From: Rickettsiales bacterium
GTDB taxonomy: Bacteria > Pseudomonadota > Alphaproteobacteria > Rs-D84
Direction of reading: 5' to 3'
Assembly (NCBI GenBank): GCA_031266915.1
Contig: JAISAB010000002.1
Location: 12,738 to 76,737 of the forward strand
Length of the DNA: 64,000 bases
The notes below the pieces were generated by a model, which worked only from the letters and a program-made list of their open reading frames with translations, ran no database searches and was not told the DNA's origin. Both the position numbers and the translations under genes were made by a program. How positions within the stretch are numbered: position 1 is the first letter of the stretch; each line of letters starts with the position of its first letter. This document shows positions 56,746 through 64,000 of the stretch, piece after piece.

Positions 56746-58284
56746 ATGATGGGATTTAAAAAAATATTCGACATAAAGATATTATTTGCGTTGATGTCTT
56801 TTCTGCCATCATCCATCATTTATCATCCATTGTTCGCAACCGATTTGTTCCATGAAGATGAAACCGTCCAGGCTGGGCTGAATGTGTTCGCGGTCTCGGA
56901 TGTCTTCGCCGATATATATCAAAAGCTGGACGGGATGTCCTGGGGCGGCAAGACCATCAACGTCGCCATCGAATCGGTGGAAAACATTCACCCTGACGCG
57001 CATATTGCCGCAACGGACGAGCGCGTCGTCCTGGTCTGGCGCGATTCGATTGTCTCGAATTATCCGCGGCCCGCGGCCGGCGACTGGCAGGGATTCGGCC
57101 AGATTACGACCGCGCTGATTGTGAAACTGCGCCAGCTGATTCCCGAATTCGGTCGCGCGTCGGAAAGCGCCATGTACCAAACGGTGGTCGACAGCCTGAT
57201 GCGCGGCGTGGATGAAAACGGCCGGTATATCTATTCGCGCGCGGCCGAAATCGACGAAGATGGTCGGATTCTGACCAGCGCCGGGTTGCAGGGTGGACGC
57301 GACAACCGCGGCAATTTCCGCGTGACCGGCATTTACAAGGATTCACCCGCGGACGTCGGTGGCGTCAAAGCCGGCGATTTGATTACGAAAATGAACGGCG
57401 CGCGCGTCGCGGATATGTCAGAAGCGGATGTGGCGTCCGTGCTGTCGGGCTTTAATTCCGGCACTTTGAAACTGACGGTTCTGGCCCCCGGCGGCGAAAA
57501 GCAGGTAGTTCTACGCCGTGCGACAATCGTTCTGGCGGATGCGGACATCGTTCATCGCGCCGATGCCGACAGCGGCGCGGGATTGCTGGAAATCGTCGTG
57601 CACAAGGTATCGAACGCCTCGGTTTCCATCGTCAACGAAGCCTTGGCAAAATATCCCGATGTGACGGGAATCGTTCTGGACCTGCGCGGCGCGATTGGCG
57701 ACGACGAGCGTGCGGCCGCGAAACTATCCGGCCTGTTTATCGGTCAGGTTCCGGTCATGCGCATTGTCGAGACGGCCCGCGCCGAGGTCGAAATCGTCCC
57801 GGGCGCCGGCAAAGTCGCCGACGCGCCGATTGTCGTTCTAATATCTAACACGACGCGCGGCACGGCCGAGGCCATCGCCGCCGCGTTTTATGAAAACAAT
57901 CGCGGCGTCTTGGTCGGAACGCCGACCGCCGGCAGCGCGCGCATCGCGACAAAAATCGATTTGGAAAACGGCGGCGCGCTGGAATTGCTGAACAAGTCCG
58001 TCAAAACCGGCCGCGGCAGCATAATCGACGGCCGCGGAATTTTCCCACTGGTATGCCTGTCCAATATCCGTTCGAACGAACAGCAGGGCGCCTTTTTCCT
58101 GAACGTGCTGAACGGCGATTTCAAGGCCCAGGACTTTAACGGAAATATGAATCTGACGCCGGACGCCATCCGCAAGGGATGCCCGACCATCACCAGCGGC
58201 GCGGACGAGGATGCGCTGTCCGCCGCCGTTTCGGTTCAGATACTGACGGATAGGAAGATTTATAATAAGCTTATAAGTGAATGA
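56746..58284 (+). CDS. Carboxy-terminal-processing (S41) peptidase with PDZ domain; the N-terminus contains TGGATGA-type heptamer repeats
   Basis: PDZ (…GVKAGDLITKMNGARV…) and S41 motifs (…GIVLDLRGA…, …VLISNTTRGTAEAIAAAF…). Confidence 0.7.
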   Translation: MMGFKKIFDIKILFALMSFLPSSIIYHPLFATDLFHEDETVQAGLNVFAVSDVFADIYQKLDGMSWGGKTINVAIESVENIHPDAHIAATDERVVLVWRDSIVSNYPRPAAGDWQGFGQITTALIVKLRQLIPEFGRASESAMYQTVVDSLMRGVDENGRYIYSRAAEIDEDGRILTSAGLQGGRDNRGNFRVTGIYKDSPADVGGVKAGDLITKMNGARVADMSEADVASVLSGFNSGTLKLTVLAPGGEKQVVLRRATIVLADADIVHRADADSGAGLLEIVVHKVSNASVSIVNEALAKYPDVTGIVLDLRGAIGDDERAAAKLSGLFIGQVPVMRIVETARAEVEIVPGAGKVADAPIVVLISNTTRGTAEAIAAAFYENNRGVLVGTPTAGSARIATKIDLENGGALELLNKSVKTGRGSIIDGRGIFPLVCLSNIRSNEQQGAFFLNVLNGDFKAQDFNGNMNLTPDAIRKGCPTITSGADEDALSAAVSVQILTDRKIYNKLISE

Positions 58285-58408
58285 AATTCCCCTTTCCTGT
58301 GGAAAGGGGTGGACGCGAAGCGGACGGGTATGGGTAAAAATATTAATTTAACCACTACTCCGCCGTCCGAAAACGGACGGCACCCCTTCGCCAGCGAAGG
58401 GGATTACA

Positions 58409-59095
58409 ATGTTTCTGCGAAGCGACAACACTTTGAAATGGAATTGGATTGCGGTCGGCTTTGCCGCGACCGCGGCGCTGTGCCTGGGCGGGATTTTCTG
58501 GCTGGACAAGTCGGTCTATCTGTTTATGCGCGGTTTTGATTGGGTGGGCTTGCGCGTTTTGGACGACGTTTTTTCGACCAAGGCTTGGCTGGTTTTCGGC
58601 GCGGTATGGACTGGTATTTTCTTTATTAAAAACCTGGTAAAATCAGATAAAAAATCAGAAAAACAAAAGTTCAGCTTTAAAAGATTTTTGACGAATTTTA
58701 TAGCGAAATCGAAAAGCAATCCGGGCTTTTTAATTTTGTGCAGCGTCGTTGCCGCCAGTCTGGTTGGCGGCGCGTTAAAGGTGCTGATTGGCCGCGCCCG
58801 GCCGATTTTTTTCGATGCCCTGGGACAGACAGGATTCTATCCGCTTAATTTCGACTGGGCGTTCAATTCAATGCCGTCTGGGCACGCGGCCGCCAGCTTT
58901 GCGGGCCTGGTCATGATGGGGATGTTGTTTCCAAAAATCAAACCTGCGACATGGACGATTGCGATTATCATAGGCGCGTCGCGCGTATGCTATGGCGCGC
59001 ACTGGCCGACGGATGTGATTCTGGGCGCTTTTATCGGGATGGTGGCCGCCGATATTATAAAATGCAAATATAACGACGAATCTGCTGGCGTTTGA
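58409..59095 (+). CDS. PAP2-family phosphatase (membrane)
   Basis: KVLIGRARP…PSGH…SRVCYGAHWPTDV acid-phosphatase signature. Confidence 0.7.
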   Translation: MFLRSDNTLKWNWIAVGFAATAALCLGGIFWLDKSVYLFMRGFDWVGLRVLDDVFSTKAWLVFGAVWTGIFFIKNLVKSDKKSEKQKFSFKRFLTNFIAKSKSNPGFLILCSVVAASLVGGALKVLIGRARPIFFDALGQTGFYPLNFDWAFNSMPSGHAAASFAGLVMMGMLFPKIKPATWTIAIIIGASRVCYGAHWPTDVILGAFIGMVAADIIKCKYNDESAGV

Positions 59096-59099
59096 ACCA

Positions 59100-59360
59100 A
59101 TGGAAGTAATGCCAATGGATAAAATCATAGACAATTTGCATACGACCCCGATGGGGCAGGCGCGCGTGCGCCGCAATATCGGCATTGCGAATGACGCGGA
59201 TGTTATCGATTGGGCAAGGTCCGTGATTGCGGCGGCGCCGGAATCGGCGATTGTCCGGCGGGGCAAGAACTGGTATATCGCGCATGACAAATGCATTCTG
59301 ACCGTCAACGCCCGCAGCCACACATTAATAACCGCGCATAAGGAAAAGGAATCAAAATGA
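59100..59360 (+). CDS. Small hypothetical protein (86 aa)
   Basis: Intact ORF; no confident domain. Confidence 0.35.
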   Translation: MEVMPMDKIIDNLHTTPMGQARVRRNIGIANDADVIDWARSVIAAAPESAIVRRGKNWYIAHDKCILTVNARSHTLITAHKEKESK

Positions 59361-59932
59361 AAAACGCGATAATCATACACGGTATACTAGAGACGCGTGA
59401 AGAATTGTTTGATTCGCCCGTCAGTGCGTCCAATTTTTCTTGGCTGCCGGGGGTTCAAAGACAGTTGGTTCAACGTGGGATTTTGACACAGACCCCCGAA
59501 ATGCCCACGCCGTATATGCCTGATGTTGATTTTGATGGATGGGTTGCGGTTTTCGAACAATTTAACATAGGCAGGGACACATTATTGATAGGACATTCAG
59601 CCGGCGGCGGATTCCTGTTGAAATATTTGTCTTTGAATCCGCAAATTAATCCGGGCCGCTTGATATTGGTCGCGCCGTGGCTGGATATAGATGCCGAGCA
59701 TCCGACATTTTTTCAGAATTTTGACTTGGATATAGATTTGCCGAAACGTATAAACAGAATAGATGTTCTCTATTCGACAGACGATATGAATATAATTATC
59801 AAGTCAATTGATAAAATAAAAAAAGTTTATGGCAATCGGATAAATTATCATGAATTTTCCGACAGAGGTCATTTTGATGAAATTGATACAGGCAAAGATT
59901 TTCCGGAATTGCTGGATGTCATAAATCAATAG
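59357..59932 (+). CDS. Alpha/beta-hydrolase-fold serine hydrolase (RBBP9/YdeN-like), low GC
   Basis: GHSAGG nucleophile elbow; about 190 aa; about 40% GC. Confidence 0.55.
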   Translation: MKNAIIIHGILETREELFDSPVSASNFSWLPGVQRQLVQRGILTQTPEMPTPYMPDVDFDGWVAVFEQFNIGRDTLLIGHSAGGGFLLKYLSLNPQINPGRLILVAPWLDIDAEHPTFFQNFDLDIDLPKRINRIDVLYSTDDMNIIIKSIDKIKKVYGNRINYHEFSDRGHFDEIDTGKDFPELLDVINQ

Positions 59933-60240
59933 TCATTAGTCTATAGTGTTTAGTTGATAGTGCATAGTACCCCTGCTTTCGCAGGGGTGACGAGTCTTGA
60001 GTTTTTGGGACCAAAAAGATACATTCCTGTCAATTGAGCATAAATCCCCCACCGGCGCCAACCAACAATCTCCCTGAATTTTCATCGGCAACAAGTTGCC
60101 GGAAAATTCTCCCCCTCTTTAAACAAGAGGGGCAGGTGTCTGATGCAACTAATCACTATATATACTATGCACTACTCACTATCGACTACTTACTACAGAC
60201 TAATGACTATAGACTACTGACTAACCACTGACACTAACGC
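59928..60240. repeat. Composite element: TAGTNNN-heptad arms (59930..59972 and 60148..60240) flanking about 180 bp of GC hairpins
   Basis: Internal hairpins cccctgctttcgcagggg, cggcaacaagttgccg, ccccctctttaaacaagagggg; MITE-like architecture. Confidence 0.6.
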
Positions 60241-60275
60241 TTACACTGTCCGCTTTTTTATGATAAAATGCGCCC

Positions 60276-62504
60276 ATGGCCGATAATTCGAAATTCTTGC
60301 CGGAACGCGTTTCCGGCGCGTTAAAAAGTCTGGGCGTCCGCGCGGCGGGGGCTGCTTTGTCGCTGTTGGGCGTTTGGCTTGTCTTTGCGCTGGTGTTCGG
60401 CGACCCATATCTGAACGGATTCGCCGCCGCCGGCGGATTTGGAAAACAAAGCCTGGTCGGCAATATCGTCGGATTTATCCGCTACGGCATCGGCTTTGTG
60501 CCGGCATTGTTTCTGTTCCTGTGCCTGGCGCGGACTGGTTTATCGTTTATGCTGAACCGGCCGGCAGAACGCGCGCCGGAATATAATTTATTGCGCGGCT
60601 TTATCGCGGTGTGCGCGGGCGCGGCCGGATTGGGCGCGATGGCGCCATCAGGCACCCTGGGCGGACTGGCGGGCAGCATTGTTGCGAATGACATAGGCGG
60701 AATACTGGGCGGCTGGACAGTCCTGGCGGGGATTCTGTTCTTCGGCGTTTTTGTGCTGATAGCGTGCCGGCTGCTGAATATAAAGCTGAGCGATTTGCGC
60801 GGCATTATCCGCGCAATCTTCAGGTCCGTCGTCTGGCTGCTGTCCGTGTTCCATCTAATCAAGCCGACCGCTGCGCCGAACCAAGACGACGAGGAATACG
60901 AGTACGACGCCGCCACCGACGCTGTGCCCGCAAAAAAAAGCAAAAGGCAAAAGGCCGAGGTTCCGGCAACAAAGCAACCACCGCGTCGGCGAATCACGAG
61001 TCACGAATCACGAGTCACGAACGAATACGAATTGCCGCCGCCGGAATTCCTGGAAAAATCCGTGATGGGCAAGACTTCGATTACGCCGGATCTAAAGCGC
61101 AACGCCGGCGCCCTGGAAACACATTTCGAGGAGTTCGGCGTATACGGACGCGTGATGGGAATCAAGCCGGGTCCCATCGTCACGCTGTATGAATTCCAGC
61201 CCGATTCCGGCGTCCGCATCGCCAAGGTCACCGATACCGTCAAGGACATGACGCGCGCGATGGCGACCGAAAACATCCGTATTGCACATATTCCGCGCAC
61301 CAACTATATCGGCGTTGAGATGGTGAATTTGAACCGCCAGACCCTGCGTTTCCAGTCACTGATAACCAATCCGTCGTTCATGAATTCCAAGTATCGGATA
61401 CCGCTGGCGCTGGGGGTGGACATCGGCGGAAATTCCATGTACTTTGATTTGGCCAGAATGCCGCACGTGCTGATTGCGGGACGCACGGGCTCGGGCAAGT
61501 CCGTGTTCGTGCAATCTATTATAATGTCCGTGCTGTATCACTTTACGCCGGACCGGTGCAAGCTGATGATTGTCGACCCAAAGGGCGTCGATTTTACGCT
61601 GTGGGACAACATACCGCATCTGGTAACGCCCGTTCTGACCGATCCGGCGTCTTCGGTGAACGCGCTGAAGTGGTCCGTGCGCGAAATGGAAGAGCGGTAT
61701 AAAAAACTGAAAGACCTGGGCGTCCAGAATATCGAGGGATACAACGACGCCGTCGCGAAGCTGCGCGCCGCCGGAAAACCGGTCACCAAGCAGATTGCCG
61801 TCGGCACCGACGAAGAGACCGGCGGCTTGATATTCGAGAACCAGGAAATCGATTTATCGGACATGCCGTATCTGGTCATTATTATCGACGAGGTCGCGGA
61901 CCTGATGTCCGTCGCGCGAAAAGAGGTCGAGGCCTGCGTCCAGCGCCTGGCGCAAAAGGCGCGCGCCGCCGGAATCCACCTGGTCGCGGCGACCCAGCGT
62001 CCGGACACGACCGTCATCACCGGCGTCATCAAGGCCAATTTCCCGACGCGCATATCGTTCCAGGCGCGCAGCAACATCGACAGCATGACCACATTGGGCG
62101 AGAAGGGCGCCGAGCAATTGCTGGCGTTCGGCGACATGCTGTTCAGCGAGGCCGGGCGCGTCCCCGTCCGCATCCACGGGTCGCTGATTGAAAATTCCGA
62201 AATCAACAAGGTGGCCGATTTCCTGCGCGCCCAGGGCGAGCCGACGTATGCCGCCGGCGTGACCGACGGAGACGGCGACGACGGATTCGCGGGCGGCGGC
62301 ATGCCGATGTCCAAGGGCGACAAGGATTCCGATTTGTACGAGCAGGCCAAGCAATACGTCGTGCGCGACAAAAAGCCGACGATTTCCTATATCCAGCGCC
62401 GGCTGGGCGTGGGCTATAACAAGGCCGCGGGCTTTATGGAACGCATGGAGGCCGAGGGCGTCGTCAGCCCGCCCGACGCCAACAACAAAAGGCAGATATT
62501 GTAA
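60276..62504 (+). CDS. ftsK: DNA translocase FtsK (with an in-frame CGAATCA/CGAGTCA heptamer tract in the linker)
   Basis: N-terminal transmembrane segments, Walker A GRTGSGKSV, DEVADLM, and a C-terminal winged-helix gamma domain. Confidence 0.9.
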   Translation: MADNSKFLPERVSGALKSLGVRAAGAALSLLGVWLVFALVFGDPYLNGFAAAGGFGKQSLVGNIVGFIRYGIGFVPALFLFLCLARTGLSFMLNRPAERAPEYNLLRGFIAVCAGAAGLGAMAPSGTLGGLAGSIVANDIGGILGGWTVLAGILFFGVFVLIACRLLNIKLSDLRGIIRAIFRSVVWLLSVFHLIKPTAAPNQDDEEYEYDAATDAVPAKKSKRQKAEVPATKQPPRRRITSHESRVTNEYELPPPEFLEKSVMGKTSITPDLKRNAGALETHFEEFGVYGRVMGIKPGPIVTLYEFQPDSGVRIAKVTDTVKDMTRAMATENIRIAHIPRTNYIGVEMVNLNRQTLRFQSLITNPSFMNSKYRIPLALGVDIGGNSMYFDLARMPHVLIAGRTGSGKSVFVQSIIMSVLYHFTPDRCKLMIVDPKGVDFTLWDNIPHLVTPVLTDPASSVNALKWSVREMEERYKKLKDLGVQNIEGYNDAVAKLRAAGKPVTKQIAVGTDEETGGLIFENQEIDLSDMPYLVIIIDEVADLMSVARKEVEACVQRLAQKARAAGIHLVAATQRPDTTVITGVIKANFPTRISFQARSNIDSMTTLGEKGAEQLLAFGDMLFSEAGRVPVRIHGSLIENSEINKVADFLRAQGEPTYAAGVTDGDGDDGFAGGGMPMSKGDKDSDLYEQAKQYVVRDKKPTISYIQRRLGVGYNKAAGFMERMEAEGVVSPPDANNKRQIL
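60990..61027. repeat. CGAATCA/CGAGTCA heptamer tandem tract inside the ftsK linker
   Basis: gaatcacgagtcacgaatcacgagtcacgaacgaatacg encodes …RRITSHESRVTNEYE…; related tracts at 7150..7185 and 37281..37306. Confidence 0.7.
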
Positions 62505-62540
62505 AATTGGATTTTTATTGCTGAAAATAGCGAGGATAAA

Positions 62541-63725
62541 GTGAAAAAGCGCAAAAAGCTGTTATGGAAATCGTATATTAAACAAACAGTACTGACATTG
62601 ACCATAACGGTTGCCAGCAGCTGGTTGATTTTCAAAGCAATCGATTCTTTTACGGTCGGCAATCCAAAGCAATCGGCGCAGTCGTCGCGGTCTGCCGCCG
62701 AAACCCGGGCAGATTCCCTGCAGATGGTGCTTAAAAGCTTATCGCCGGAAAAATTATCAAAGATAAAAGCATTGTATGAAGATACCTATGCATTTTCGGA
62801 GCCTGATGCAAAACTGGGCAGTTCGGAAAATCCCGGCGCAGAATCAAATCGCGGCCCAACGTTGAGCGTATCGGATTGGCCCATATTCAATGAATTAAAA
62901 AAAATTGATATAGGAATCGAATGGAGAAAAATGGGCTATGTCGCCATAAACAACGATACCGTTTATATTCAAGACAGAGACACGTTGGCGCTTGGCATAG
63001 AATATGGGTGCGCATACAATAATGTGCCGCAGATAGACATACATTATTTTAAATACGACGGGGATATAGAAGCGCTGAAAAAAATCGCCGAGCAACACAA
63101 TTCCTATGAATTTCGTACGGAAATCGTCTGTCACGAGATTCGTCACGCCGATAATTTCAGACATATCATAAGGGTCCCGAAAGAGCAAAGGACGCGCGCG
63201 GTTGCGGCGGCCGATGAATTGTTTGCGACAATCGCCGGCAACCTGAGCGATTATGCCGAGATGGGTCCCGAATCAAAAGGCTGGAATAAATCGTTTCGCC
63301 AAAAAATAAGCGTATGGGATGTGGATTATAAGCTTCCGGAAAATTCCCGGCCAATCATAGATTCTGCGATAACTTCGGCTTTGGATGCGCTGGAAGGTCA
63401 ACACTCTTACAGAAAACGTTTTATAGACAGGGAAGGATATGAATACCACCATTTGATTGAAGAGCGTTACGGAGCAAAAATCAGGACCGCCGCAGATGCC
63501 GTATTCATGATGCGACACGGATTAAAAATAAATGGCAAATTGACCGATATATTCAGCCTGGCGTCTGAAAAGGTGCGCAGGCGCGCGAATGATTTTATAA
63601 ATTCCAATGACGACGATATGAGGCTTGTCATCGGATTGCACGACAACAATGTAAAGTTCTTTAATCCGCCCGTATTTATATTGTCGAACCTTTTTAAACC
63701 GGCACATACTGAAACCAAAAATTAA
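62541..63725 (+). CDS. Hypothetical membrane-anchored protein with HExxH motif (putative zinc metallopeptidase-like), low GC
   Basis: N-terminal transmembrane helix; …IVCHEIRHADN…; about 43% GC. Confidence 0.45.
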   Translation: MKKRKKLLWKSYIKQTVLTLTITVASSWLIFKAIDSFTVGNPKQSAQSSRSAAETRADSLQMVLKSLSPEKLSKIKALYEDTYAFSEPDAKLGSSENPGAESNRGPTLSVSDWPIFNELKKIDIGIEWRKMGYVAINNDTVYIQDRDTLALGIEYGCAYNNVPQIDIHYFKYDGDIEALKKIAEQHNSYEFRTEIVCHEIRHADNFRHIIRVPKEQRTRAVAAADELFATIAGNLSDYAEMGPESKGWNKSFRQKISVWDVDYKLPENSRPIIDSAITSALDALEGQHSYRKRFIDREGYEYHHLIEERYGAKIRTAADAVFMMRHGLKINGKLTDIFSLASEKVRRRANDFINSNDDDMRLVIGLHDNNVKFFNPPVFILSNLFKPAHTETKN

Positions 63726-63800
63726 TAGTCAATAGTGCATAGTGCTTAGTAAGCGGTTTAACTATGCACGACTTGCTATTCGTCCATATCACTAACCAGT
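63726..63800. repeat. TAGTNNN-heptad element after the stop of the 62541 gene
   Basis: taatagtcaatagtgcatagtgcttagtaag…aactatgcac. Confidence 0.6.
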
Positions 63801-63804
63801 ATTT

Positions 63805-63965
63805 ATTTTTTTGCTGGACACGGGCGCCACAAAGGCGCACAATGCGCTTACGGGACCGCTAATCCAAACCATCCTTGGATTGTACATAGTTGCTATTCTT
63901 AAAAATCCCGCATTTCCGCCATATCTTATTTCCCATTTATTGCCTAATCTAAACAATGGTTTTTA
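63805..63965 (+). promoter_or_regulatory. Second copy of the 165-bp promoter/5'-UTR block (see 25555..25720)
   Basis: ctggacacgggcgccacaaaggcgcacaatg…ttattgcctaatctaaacaatggtttttatg; the downstream gene lies beyond the window. Confidence 0.55.
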
Positions 63966-64000
63966 TGTTTTTTCTGAGAATCACAAAACGCTATTGCAGA

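Overview
This window is high-GC (about 60% in core genes) and looks like a Gram-negative, probably alphaproteobacterial, chromosome region. Housekeeping genes present: a lolC/E fragment, lolD, rsmI, engB, an addB-like gene, xth, an acyl-CoA ligase, mnmE, ruvA, yebC, ruvC, mltA, secB, recA, typA, serS, a PduO-type adenosyltransferase, a class II RNR, trxB, xerC/D, lptF/G, greA, mutL, yajC-secDF, an S41 protease and ftsK. These are interleaved with lower-GC accessory genes: a GIY-YIG-methyltransferase fusion beside tRNA-Gly/tRNA-Tyr, a glycosyltransferase cluster, and a family of Sec-secreted cysteine-rich or tail-fibre-like proteins. The window is unusually dense in repeats. (i) A palindromic element of about 130 bp is inserted in-frame in addB and in xerC/D, in the manner of Rickettsia palindromic elements. 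(ii) At least 13 long hairpin elements built from TAGTNNN heptads sit immediately after stop codons. (iii) An element family of about 100 bp follows stop codons, with a conserved TGTAC-N6-GTACA core, covarying flanking stems, terminal inverted repeats and a T-run. (iv) In-frame heptamer microsatellites occur in mnmE, ftsK, rsmI and the protease gene. (v) A MITE-like element with terminal inverted repeats, and a duplicated 165-bp promoter-like block, are also present. The most interesting signal is a conserved structured 5' leader with an alternative-helix attenuator architecture. It sits upstream of five secreted-protein genes and shows clear compensatory base changes, making it a candidate novel cis-regulatory RNA or riboswitch. 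All calls rest on reading the sequence and on remembered family motifs; no database searches were run.
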